The position numbers were made by a program, and so were the translations under genes. Below the pieces are notes generated by a model, which was given only the letters and a program-made list of their open reading frames with translations, made no database searches and was not told where the DNA came from. From Promethearchaeota archaeon (GTDB lineage: Archaea > Asgardarchaeota > Lokiarchaeia > Sigyniarchaeales > SOKP01), in contig JAHPZE010000019.1 in NCBI GenBank assembly GCA_019058365.1, forward strand, positions 14,744 to 78,743: DNA of 64,000 bases, given 5' to 3'. This document shows, piece after piece, positions 39,539 to 48,881 of the stretch. How positions within the stretch are numbered: the stretch's first letter is position 1; each line of letters opens with the position of its first letter.

Positions 39539-40438
39539 TTAAAACCAAAGTCTGATAAAACCTTCTGCTGCCACGGTATTTTGTCCTTCTGTACCATAAA
39601 TAAAGTCAATGAAAGCTCTAACCCATCCAGTCGGTTCACCGTTTGTTGTAAGATGTAAAGATCTTGAAATTGGATAAGAGTCATCTAACACAGTAGATAC
39701 TGAAGGTGTTACCCCGTTTATAGGAACTGCAATTACAGTAGTATCAACATAACCTAATCCACAGTATCCTAAACCATATTGATTTGCACTCACAGTAGTT
39801 ACCATGACTGTATTAGAGGCAACTTCTATATATCCTGTTACTGAACTAGTATACCCAGAATTTTCACCAAGCTTTTCAGAACCCTCATATAAAACTAATT
39901 CTTCAAATGTGGCTCTTGTACCTGACCCATCAGGTCTTGTATGAACATCAATAGATTGAGATGATAAAGTATTATTAATATCATCCCAAGTATCATAAGT
40001 ACCATTGTAAATTAAGAATACTTGATCCATTGTCAGTCCATTTGATTGTAACCATACTGCATCAGGATTATCAGCGTCAATAATCACTGATATTCCATCT
40101 TTCGCAAACTTAAAATCGGTTAAATTATTTCCCGTTGTAAGGTTTTCAGATGCTTTAATATTACGTGATGACATACCAATATCATTTTGTCCGTCAATTG
40201 TATCAGAAATTCCATCTCCAGATCCCGTACCTGAAACAGAAATGTCAACATTAGGATTTATTAACATGAATTGATTAGCAGCTTCAGTAATTATAGGCTC
40301 ACAAGTAGTAGATCCCGTAATAATGATACTTGTTGTTCCAGCACCACCTGGAGCTATTATAGAGGTAGTTCCCCAGCCGACGAAAAACATGGCGATCATA
40401 CCAACAACAGCAATTAACCACATACCTTTTTTTTCCAT
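39539..40438 (-). CDS. pstS: Phosphate ABC transporter substrate-binding protein
   Basis: GSTT, GTGSGDG, IGMSSR, RPDGSGTRATF and YPISR; N-terminal TM anchor. Confidence 0.96.
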   Translation of the reverse strand: MEKKGMWLIAVVGMIAMFFVGWGTTSIIAPGGAGTTSIIITGSTTCEPIITEAANQFMLINPNVDISVSGTGSGDGISDTIDGQNDIGMSSRNIKASENLTTGNNLTDFKFAKDGISVIIDADNPDAVWLQSNGLTMDQVFLIYNGTYDTWDDINNTLSSQSIDVHTRPDGSGTRATFEELVLYEGSEKLGENSGYTSSVTGYIEVASNTVMVTTVSANQYGLGYCGLGYVDTTVIAVPINGVTPSVSTVLDDSYPISRSLHLTTNGEPTGWVRAFIDFIYGTEGQNTVAAEGFIRLWF

Positions 40439-40552
40439 TATTTTTTCACAAATTTGTTTTTTAGTAAATTAATTGTTTTAAATTTGGTTAATTAGTGATA
40501 TCACTGAGAAAATATAAGAGATCACGACATAGTTTATGTTGGTTTATTTACA

Positions 40553-40835
40553 CTATATATTCTATAGAGATAGACTTTATTTATCATCAAAATCTCGACA
40601 TAAAGATTTATTATAAAGCTAATAATCTCAACAATGTCGAATAATAATATCAAGCTATATAGACGATATTGATACTACTTTACTTTTTTGTAAATACTTA
40701 TAAGTAACTATTGTTAAACATATATATAGAATATAGAAAGTATATATAGTATATAGACTAAGTATAAAATCATTCTATTATTTATTCTATATAATTAAAT
40801 GTGTTATTAATGATACTTTTTATTCTATATATAGA
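40553..40835. promoter_or_regulatory. Cluster of CTATATA-core sites in the divergent pstS / PhoU-regulator promoter
   Basis: TATTCTATATA at 40783 and 40821, reverse copy at 40723; 17-bp direct repeat 40721/40741 (16/17); palindrome TCTATATATAGA at 40824-40835. Confidence 0.55.
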
Positions 40836-40875
40836 TAAAATAATCTGAAATAAAAAAAAGACAAAAGGGATTTTA

Positions 40876-41880
40876 ATGGGATTTAATATAGAAACAAGAA
40901 AGGTTCAGAAGACAGGGGGCAGTTCTTATATTGTATCTTTACCAAAAGTTTGGATAGATAAACACGGCGTTAAAAAAAATGATACTTTAGGTATACTTTC
41001 CCAACCAGATGGTAATTTACTCATAACTCCTAAAATTGATAATGAAATAACTATTAAAACGAAAGAGATAATGGTCGATGACTATAAGGATGAAAATTTT
41101 CTGTTTAGAGTTTTAATTGGAGCATATATAATGGGATTTTCAAAAATAATCATAAAATCTGGCAGGAAATTTGATCCTTTAATAAGAGATACCATTACAG
41201 ATTTTACACAAATTGCAATTGGTCCTGAAATTGTAGAAGAATCTAATAATGTTATAGTGATAAAAGATCTGCTTAATCCTAAAGAAATGCCTTTTGAAAA
41301 AACAATAAAAAGAATGTATATTTTAGTTCAAGGTATGCATGAAGATTCCATAAATGCTTTTGAAACAAGAGATGAGGAATTAGCTGAAGAAGTCATTAAA
41401 AGAGATAATGATGTTGACAGATTGCACTGGCTAATTGGTCGTCAATCTCATATTGTATTGAGGGATATTATTCTTTGTCAGAAAATGGGGATAACGTTAG
41501 AACAAGCAAGTCATTACCAGCAAATGAGTCGCTTTTTAGAACGTATAGGAGACCATGCCAGTAAAATTGCTAGAAATGTTTTAATTCTTATACAAAAAGA
41601 ATTAGATAAAAATCTAAAGGAAGAGATTAAAACAGTAAGTAAATTATCACTGGATTTATTGAATAAAAGTCTTGATGCATGGCTTCAAAAAAGCTTAGTT
41701 CTTGCGAATGAAAACATTGAAGATATTAAAGAATTGATAGCGGCTACAGAAAAAATAAGCCTTAATACCATTAGCAGTGCTGAAGTTTCAATAGCAATAG
41801 GATATATAATTGAGAGTATTAGACGTACGGCTGAGTATAGCGGGGATATTTCTGAAATTATAATAAATAATTTAGTCTAA
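40876..41880 (+). CDS. Archaeal phosphate uptake regulator (AbrB-like DNA-binding domain + PhoU domains)
   Basis: ETRKVQKTGGSSYIVSLPKVW AbrB motif; RDNDVDRL, LERIGDHA and ESIRRTAEYS. Confidence 0.94.
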   Translation: MGFNIETRKVQKTGGSSYIVSLPKVWIDKHGVKKNDTLGILSQPDGNLLITPKIDNEITIKTKEIMVDDYKDENFLFRVLIGAYIMGFSKIIIKSGRKFDPLIRDTITDFTQIAIGPEIVEESNNVIVIKDLLNPKEMPFEKTIKRMYILVQGMHEDSINAFETRDEELAEEVIKRDNDVDRLHWLIGRQSHIVLRDIILCQKMGITLEQASHYQQMSRFLERIGDHASKIARNVLILIQKELDKNLKEEIKTVSKLSLDLLNKSLDAWLQKSLVLANENIEDIKELIAATEKISLNTISSAEVSIAIGYIIESIRRTAEYSGDISEIIINNLV

Positions 41881-42005
41881 ATTTCAGAATTCATTGATTT
41901 TTTTAATTTAAATTATGATACTGTAGAATCACCCCGTTAAAATTAAAAAAATCGGTCAATAATTAAACTTCTTAAACTCTAACCGATTTAAATTATTATT
42001 AATTA

Positions 42006-43586
42006 ATGCAATATATATTATTTAAATTGGTTTTAAAAATGAAAATGCTAGAAAGTGAAGATTATAAAGTAGTAATCATAGGTGCAGGAAATGGTGGACT
42101 CGTTGCAGCCGCAAGATTGGCATTAGCAGGGATAAAAGTATTATTGATCGAACAGCATAACTCACCTGGTGGTTTTGCTTCAAGTTTTGTAAGAGGTAGG
42201 TTTGAATTTGAAACTTCTCTACATGAACTCGCGGATTATGGTTCAGTTACTAATCCAGGAGGCATTAGAGTCTTATTCGAAAAGCTTGGAGTTGATGCGG
42301 AATTTTTGGAGATTCCCGAAGCATATAGAATAATTACAAAAGATCTAGACGTAATAATGCCATTTGGAATAGAAAATTTTCTAAATGAAATTGAAAAACA
42401 AGTTCCAGGATGTAGAGAATCTGTAGAAAATTTTTTTAAGATAGCTGAAGACATTTCAAATGCTTTTACATACATTGGGAATTCTAGAGGAAATCCAGAT
42501 GAAAAAGTCTTAATAAATGAACATTCTAATTTCCTTAAAACTGCCTCCTATTCTGCACTAGAAGTTGAGGAAGCATTAAGCATTCCTAAAAAAGCACGAG
42601 ATATTTTAAATGCATATTGGGCTTATTTAGGACTTCCCATGAGTAGAATTAATTTTACACTCTTTGCTGCTATGGTTAACACTTATATTAAAAGGGGAGC
42701 TTATATCCCTAAATACCGCTCAACTGAATTTACATTAGCCCTTGATAAAAGAATTAGAGAATTGGGGGGCGATATCATGTATAATACTCGTGTTGAGAAA
42801 ATTTTGGTAGAAAATGGTAAAGTTGTTGGTTTAGAAACCTCAAATGGAGATAAAATTAATACAAATTATGTAATTTCTAATGCCTCGCAGACGTTAGTAT
42901 ATAATAAATTAATCCATCCAAAATCTGAAGTTCCTGAAATTGCATACAAAGAAGTAAATTCTAGAATTCATGGACTCTCCGCTTTTGTTGTCTATTTAGG
43001 GCTTGACGCATCTGCTGAAGAATTAGGAATAACTGAGTATAGTTATTTCATTATGGATGATATGGATACTGAAAATCTTTATGACCAATGGAATGAACTC
43101 AGGGTACCAAAAGGTCAAGCTACCGTTTGTTTAAATGCTGCAATACCAGATTGTTCTCCCTCTGGAACTTCAATCATATATATTACGACTCTTTTTAAAC
43201 CAGAGGTATGGAAGGCTGTGAAACCTGAAGATTACGTAAATGTTAAGAACAGAATTGCTGATGGGCTTATAACTGATTTTGAAAATGCGTTAGGGATCTC
43301 TATAAGAGATCATATTGAAGAAATTGAAATAGCGACTCCTGAAACATTCGCAAGGTATACCCGAACTTATAATGGGGTGATTTATGGTTATGAGCCAGAG
43401 TCTTGGGATTCTCTAGTTCCTCGTTTAATGATGATGGGAGACCATAATTATATTAAAGGTTTGGAATTCGCAGGGGGCTTCGGAAGACGATGTCATGGAT
43501 ATAGTAGTGCATTAAAAGACGGTGAAATTGCTGCATTATTAGTTTTAAATGAAATAACTGTAAAGGTGAAGGTTCAAAATGACTGA
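42006..43586 (+). CDS. Phytoene desaturase/retinol saturase family FAD oxidoreductase
   Basis: IIGAGNGGL..A, EQHNSPGGFASSF.RG.FEFE and ATPETF.RYT...G.IYG; true start probably ATG 42039 or 42045. Confidence 0.9.
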   Translation: MQYILFKLVLKMKMLESEDYKVVIIGAGNGGLVAAARLALAGIKVLLIEQHNSPGGFASSFVRGRFEFETSLHELADYGSVTNPGGIRVLFEKLGVDAEFLEIPEAYRIITKDLDVIMPFGIENFLNEIEKQVPGCRESVENFFKIAEDISNAFTYIGNSRGNPDEKVLINEHSNFLKTASYSALEVEEALSIPKKARDILNAYWAYLGLPMSRINFTLFAAMVNTYIKRGAYIPKYRSTEFTLALDKRIRELGGDIMYNTRVEKILVENGKVVGLETSNGDKINTNYVISNASQTLVYNKLIHPKSEVPEIAYKEVNSRIHGLSAFVVYLGLDASAEELGITEYSYFIMDDMDTENLYDQWNELRVPKGQATVCLNAAIPDCSPSGTSIIYITTLFKPEVWKAVKPEDYVNVKNRIADGLITDFENALGISIRDHIEEIEIATPETFARYTRTYNGVIYGYEPESWDSLVPRLMMMGDHNYIKGLEFAGGFGRRCHGYSSALKDGEIAALLVLNEITVKVKVQND

Positions 43587-44808
43587 AGATAAAAAAAAGT
43601 TTAATATTACTGTAAAAAGTAATACAAAAGATTTATACGGCTTTATGAAACTTGTACCTAATAGAAAGAAAAGAATAGAACAATCTTCTAACGAACCAAT
43701 CATATCTGATCCCATAAATAGTCTTGCAAGAAAATTACATCCTGAAAGACAATATCTTACTATAAGTGAAATCACAGATCAAACAAAATCAGCAAAAGTT
43801 TTTAAATTAAAACCTGATCCGGAGTTAGGAACTAAAGAATTAGCGTATTTTAGAGCTGGACAATATTTAAGTTTAAAAGTTAAAGTGAATGGAGTAGAAA
43901 TCACAAGACCATATTCTATATCCTCCTCACCTTTGGATGCTTTGGAAGGATTTTACGAAATAACAATCCGAAAAGAAGAACATGGGTTTTTAACAAATCA
44001 TATATGGCATAATTGGAAGGTTGGCACGAAAGTGGTAAGTTCTGGTCCTGAAGGATTCTTTTATTTTGAACCTCTACGAGATTTAAAGAATATAGTAGGT
44101 ATTGCAGGGGGTTCTGGAATAACACCTTTTCGTTCAATAGTTAAAGCAATTATAGAAAGAAAGATAGATGCTAAGCTAACAGTATTGTATGGAAGTAGTG
44201 AGGAAGATGATATTATCTTTTATAAGGAATTTAAAAACCTTGAGAAAGAACATCCCGATAAATTAAAAGTTATCCACATATTAAGTTGTGAAGAAGTTTC
44301 TTTAGAGGGGTGTGAGACGGGTTTTATCACTGCTCATATTATTGAAAAATACTGTGATGTAAAAAATAGTACATTTTTTATCTGTGGTCCTCAAATTATG
44401 TATGAGTTTGTGGCTAATGAATTGAAAAAATTTAAATTACCTCAAAAAAGAATTCGAAGGGAGGCATTTGGAGAAATCAAGGATGTTGTAAATTATCCAG
44501 GATTTCCAAAAAAAGTTACTGAAAAAACTTTTAGAGTTAAAGCACATATCGGATCTATCATAAAAGAAATCCCTGCAATAGCTACTGAATCTGTTCTTGT
44601 TGCCCTAGAAAGAGCAAATTTAACACCTCCATCAAAATGCCGATCAGGAGAATGTGGATTTTGTCGTTCGCTTCTCATCTCAGGAGAAATATATACAAGT
44701 CCCATAGATGACTGGAGAAGAGCAGCGGATAAAAAATTTAATTACTTTCACCCTTGTTACTCTTATCCAATATCCGATCTTGAGATAAAAGTCCCTAGGC
44801 ATTTGTGA
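43579..44808 (+). CDS. FNR-type flavin reductase with C-terminal [2Fe-2S] domain (PaaE/Hcr-like)
   Basis: RPYSISS, AGGSGITP, ICGP and CRSGECGFC...C; overlaps the upstream gene by 8 nt. Confidence 0.92.
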   Translation: MTEDKKKFNITVKSNTKDLYGFMKLVPNRKKRIEQSSNEPIISDPINSLARKLHPERQYLTISEITDQTKSAKVFKLKPDPELGTKELAYFRAGQYLSLKVKVNGVEITRPYSISSSPLDALEGFYEITIRKEEHGFLTNHIWHNWKVGTKVVSSGPEGFFYFEPLRDLKNIVGIAGGSGITPFRSIVKAIIERKIDAKLTVLYGSSEEDDIIFYKEFKNLEKEHPDKLKVIHILSCEEVSLEGCETGFITAHIIEKYCDVKNSTFFICGPQIMYEFVANELKKFKLPQKRIRREAFGEIKDVVNYPGFPKKVTEKTFRVKAHIGSIIKEIPAIATESVLVALERANLTPPSKCRSGECGFCRSLLISGEIYTSPIDDWRRAADKKFNYFHPCYSYPISDLEIKVPRHL

Positions 44809-44815
44809 TTACAAA

Positions 44816-45730
44816 TTAACTACCTTTTTTTTCCCATTTAAGCAAGGAAAGAATAAGATTTTCTCGTGAAAGGTCACCGTGAGTGAATTGGCTTATGATA
44901 CTTTCTCTTCCAAGAAGCATTTTTATTATTTTTCTTATTAATTTTTTTCCAGAATATCCCTCTTTTTGAAGCAGGCTATGATATTCGTGAGCCTTTTTAT
45001 GTAAATCTTCAATTTCTTCCATTTTTTTTATTATGATTTCTCTCCCCTGCAATACTCCATTCCCAGCAGAGAAGATTAATAACTGATCCATACTCTCTGT
45101 AAAATCATATAGTTTAGAAAGAGCTTGGTATATTAATGATATATCCTCTTGGATATCACTATTCTTTCCAAAGATCATTTTGTACTTTGGCTGTACAGCA
45201 TCAGCTACAAAAGCCCATTGTTGGTTTTTTTCAATTAATGCTACTAATTCTGGAGCATGTCCACTCATTGGAAATAATTCAAATTTATACCTTTTTGATT
45301 TTGTTATTATTGGTTCATCAATAATCTCTGCATTAACAGGTAATAATTCTGGTCCCCATGCCGCTTGCCGATACTCAGGATATAGATTACCTTTTCTTAA
45401 AAAATTTATAGCTTTTTCACTTGTAAATATTGGAATTGCAAATTCAGTGTTTAACATATGAGCTCCCCCTGCGTGATCTTCATGAGTATGTGTAATGAAG
45501 CATTTCTCAATCATTTGGTCACAATTGAGTGATTTTACAAATTCTCTAAGATCATTTTCCCCACCGGGTGCTCCAGAATCAATGAGAAATCCATCTATTA
45601 AATAACAAGATGTAAAATAAGGATAAGGCATTAACTTGATATCTGATGCCCATTGCCATTCTAAAATTTCATTATTACAATGATAAATTATACGAACAAC
45701 CAATAAAAAAACTCCTGATAATAAAATCAA
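44816..45730 (-). CDS. Metallo-beta-lactamase fold hydrolase
   Basis: LIDSG, THTHEDHAGG, GH and D motifs; start uncertain. Confidence 0.88.
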   Translation of the reverse strand: MILLSGVFLLVVRIIYHCNNEILEWQWASDIKLMPYPYFTSCYLIDGFLIDSGAPGGENDLREFVKSLNCDQMIEKCFITHTHEDHAGGAHMLNTEFAIPIFTSEKAINFLRKGNLYPEYRQAAWGPELLPVNAEIIDEPIITKSKRYKFELFPMSGHAPELVALIEKNQQWAFVADAVQPKYKMIFGKNSDIQEDISLIYQALSKLYDFTESMDQLLIFSAGNGVLQGREIIIKKMEEIEDLHKKAHEYHSLLQKEGYSGKKLIRKIIKMLLGRESIISQFTHGDLSRENLILSLLKWEKKGS

Positions 45731-45747
45731 ATTCTAAAAAATAGTTG

Positions 45748-46848
45748 TTATTTTTCTATTTTAATTCTTTTAGGGGGAATAAAAACATGTCTAGGGCCAA
45801 TCCTTTCAAGATGAATAGCTTCTTCAGGACAATGATGAGCACATACTCCACATCCAATACACTTATCTTCATTAATAAAGGCAATAGTATCATTCAATTC
45901 AATTGTTTCCATAGGACATTTTTCTACACAAGTTCCACAACCTACGCAGGAATCCTCATCTACACGTGCTAAATAAGATGACATGGTGTGTATTGGTGCA
46001 GCACCACGATAGTACATGTTGATCATCCCACAGCAACATTTGCAACAATTACAAATAGCTTCAATCCCTCTATTTGTATCTGAATGAACATGAAATACTT
46101 TATGGACTAATCCTTGATTTTCAGATTCTCTTAATATTTTAATAGTTTCTTCCTTTGAAACAGGTCTACCAAAACCTTGTTCAATACCAAATCTAGCAGT
46201 TTTATCAAAAAGGAAACAATTGTCTTTTGATGCTCCCAATCTGCATGGATCATTAATAAGATCTTTTGCATGCCGACAATAACAATGAACTAAGGCGATA
46301 TCATCATATTCTTCAACATATTTTTTTATTTCCTCAAATGGCATCACAGTTTCAGTTCCGACTTCTACTTCTTTTTCAACTGGAAGAGTTCTGTCAGTTG
46401 GTGGCAAATCTTTAAACACATTTATTATACTATCATAATTCTTTTGAGTTCCTTTAGTTATTTCCCCTAAAAGTTTTTCGAATAATACTGCTAACTTTTT
46501 ATCTCTTTCTGAACTCTCCCCTCGTAAGAATGTATATTCAAAAATGCCTGGATATAAACCCATTAAGCGATAAACCATAACACCTGCATTCCTACTTCTC
46601 GTACCCACAATTATACCATTATGCATTAAGATTTCAAGCATTCCAATTATCTTTTGTTCTTCCATATCGATTTTTTGTTTAATTTCCTCAAGAGTCATTG
46701 AAGGTTTTTTATATATTAAAATAAATTTTGCTTGTTCTTCAGTTATTAGAGTTTGTAATAATTCTATCAGTGTATCACTAATAGGTACGGGAAATACTCC
46801 TGCTTTTATAAAAGTCCTTGCTACATTAAACCAGAACTTATCTGTCAT
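45748..46848 (-). CDS. 4Fe-4S dicluster protein with N-terminal wHTH-like and Cys-rich central domains
   Basis: CYCR, ICNCCKCCCG and two CxxCxxCxxxCP motifs. Confidence 0.9.
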   Translation of the reverse strand: MTDKFWFNVARTFIKAGVFPVPISDTLIELLQTLITEEQAKFILIYKKPSMTLEEIKQKIDMEEQKIIGMLEILMHNGIIVGTRSRNAGVMVYRLMGLYPGIFEYTFLRGESSERDKKLAVLFEKLLGEITKGTQKNYDSIINVFKDLPPTDRTLPVEKEVEVGTETVMPFEEIKKYVEEYDDIALVHCYCRHAKDLINDPCRLGASKDNCFLFDKTARFGIEQGFGRPVSKEETIKILRESENQGLVHKVFHVHSDTNRGIEAICNCCKCCCGMINMYYRGAAPIHTMSSYLARVDEDSCVGCGTCVEKCPMETIELNDTIAFINEDKCIGCGVCAHHCPEEAIHLERIGPRHVFIPPKRIKIEK

Positions 46849-47053
46849 TTTAGTTAAAACCTAATTAATAAAATTCGTCAAAAATTTTCTAATTGATAAA
46901 AAAATTCATGATTTAATTATATTATGAGTATATTTAACTAAGAAATTGTAGTCGAATAAATAACTATTAATAGTAAAAATCCATAAAATTTTAGGACTCT
47001 CATAATTTTTTAATTAGGAGTTCTTAAATCGATATTAACACTTAATATAGGGT

Positions 47054-47242
47054 TTGAGTGAAAATTTTATCATGAGTGATATCCAAAAAAGAATAAATAG
47101 ATTAGAGCTCTCGATTAATCTTTTGGAAGATCATTTATATAAATACGGTCATCTCATACAACCAAGACCACTTAGGTTTATAAGAAACCAAATAAACCAT
47201 TATAAACGGGAACTCCAGATAAGGAAAGACTATCCTTCTTAA
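47054..47242 (+). CDS. Small coiled-coil hypothetical protein
   Basis: 62-aa ORF (ATG 47072 is an alternative start) with a heptad pattern, in an otherwise empty gap. Confidence 0.55.
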   Translation: MSENFIMSDIQKRINRLELSINLLEDHLYKYGHLIQPRPLRFIRNQINHYKRELQIRKDYPS

Positions 47243-47428
47243 TAACAAAATAAAATCTTATTTTTTATGTAATAGAAAAATTCTAATGATAAAGTTAGGA
47301 TAAATCTATAATTTTACTATTCTATTTTCTTTATTTATTACTTTTTATTAAACCTTAAAAATATTAAATACGAATAATAATAATACCTTTTAAAAAATAT
47401 TAAAATAAAACCAAATTGGCAAATAATT

Positions 47429-48742
47429 ATGGAAATTCGCGATGTAGAATTAAAAAGATCATATATAGGCATTTTTTCGCTTAATTACTTTGTACAAGGC
47501 ATTAACCAATCGATGTTTACAACAATAATTCCTATATTCCTGTTTTTTTTATTGTCGCCGGCACCCGTAGATGCGGGACAAATCGCTTCAATGATGTCAA
47601 TCATCCTTCTTCCATTTGGGGTAAAATTTATTTATGGAATCTTATCAGATAAAATAGGATTCAAAAATTTGGGTAGGAGAAAACCATGGATAATTGGGGC
47701 ATCTTTTTTGTCAGGTTTAATTTGGATAATATTTCCATTTATTTTGGCACCTAACAATGCTATGAGTTTAGTAACGATTTTAGGGATTTTAATTGTAATT
47801 GGTGTTGCGATGGCAGATACTGCCATTGATGGATTAATTTTAGATTTATATCCTAAAGAAAAACTCGGACGAGTACAGGGTATTTGTTGGGGATTTAGAT
47901 CTGTAGGTATAATCGCCGGTGGACCATTATTAATAATTTTAATTTTATTTACAGGAGGAACCGCAGAAATGATCTTCATAGGATTAGGGATCGCAATGAT
48001 GGTTTTTTCATTTACAACATTGATTGTTAAAGAAAGAGTAAAGACTATCGAAGTAAATGCCATAGAGAATCTTAAGATAATTTTTGGCAAAAGAAAAAAT
48101 TGGAAAGTTTATGCCTTCTCTTTATTTAATGCGTTCTGTGATGGAGTAGTGTTTGTACTTATCCCTCTTTTCATACTTATTCAATGGGGATTAGTTAGTG
48201 CTGCTGGTGCTTCAATGGATCTTATTGGTGATCCTACTCAACAAGAGCTATATGCTCCACAAGCTTTTATTGCGTTCATCATTGGTTTAGGAGTCATTGC
48301 AGGAGCTATTATTGGAGGAAGAATGGCAGATTTACAATCCAGAAAACGAAGTGTTTACATCTCATTGATTTTATCCTCAATTTCTTTCTTACTATTTATG
48401 ATCCCCCTTGTTTGGCCAGTATTAATAATATTTGCATTTCTTCTGGGAACTTCTGCTGGTTGGAGAAATTCTGCTTTTTCTGCTGTCATAGGTCAAGAAT
48501 CACAGCTATATCCTGAAATGGACAGTACATATTACGCAACATGTAATTCATTCGTCAACATAGGAACAACAATAGGGTTGGAACTAACGAGTATATTAAT
48601 TGGAGTATTAGCAGGGTTACAAGCATTTTGGATTTATGCATTTGTTTTCTTGTTTATGGCTATTGTTATAAACATAGATTTAATTCCTTTCAAAACATTG
48701 GATCCTAATGAATATGAGGTAAATACTGAAAGAAGTAAATAA
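47429..48742 (+). CDS. MFS transporter (AmpG/BT1-like)
   Basis: YFVQG, KFIYGILSD...GRRKPW, DTAIDG and GGRMAD; 12 TMs. Confidence 0.92.
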   Translation: MEIRDVELKRSYIGIFSLNYFVQGINQSMFTTIIPIFLFFLLSPAPVDAGQIASMMSIILLPFGVKFIYGILSDKIGFKNLGRRKPWIIGASFLSGLIWIIFPFILAPNNAMSLVTILGILIVIGVAMADTAIDGLILDLYPKEKLGRVQGICWGFRSVGIIAGGPLLIILILFTGGTAEMIFIGLGIAMMVFSFTTLIVKERVKTIEVNAIENLKIIFGKRKNWKVYAFSLFNAFCDGVVFVLIPLFILIQWGLVSAAGASMDLIGDPTQQELYAPQAFIAFIIGLGVIAGAIIGGRMADLQSRKRSVYISLILSSISFLLFMIPLVWPVLIIFAFLLGTSAGWRNSAFSAVIGQESQLYPEMDSTYYATCNSFVNIGTTIGLELTSILIGVLAGLQAFWIYAFVFLFMAIVINIDLIPFKTLDPNEYEVNTERSK

Positions 48743-48881
48743 TAGACTCTTAATTTTTTCTTTTTTTTATTCCTTTTACTTATTGAATTGTTTTAAACAG
48801 TTTTTTCGAAAAATTTTTAACATTTTATAATGATTTATTTCACATATTCTAAATCTATTTTTTAGAAGTAGGGTGTTTTAA

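Noticed and set aside
40415-40438. PstS N-terminus MEKKG/MWLI as a class III (pilin-like) signal peptide
   Set aside because: The +2 Trp fits the PibD consensus poorly; a simple membrane anchor explains it.
40494-40640. Palindrome AGTGATATCACT and inverted TCGACAT/ATGTCGA upstream of pstS
   Set aside because: Single short occurrences not repeated at the other phosphate promoters; cannot be distinguished from chance.
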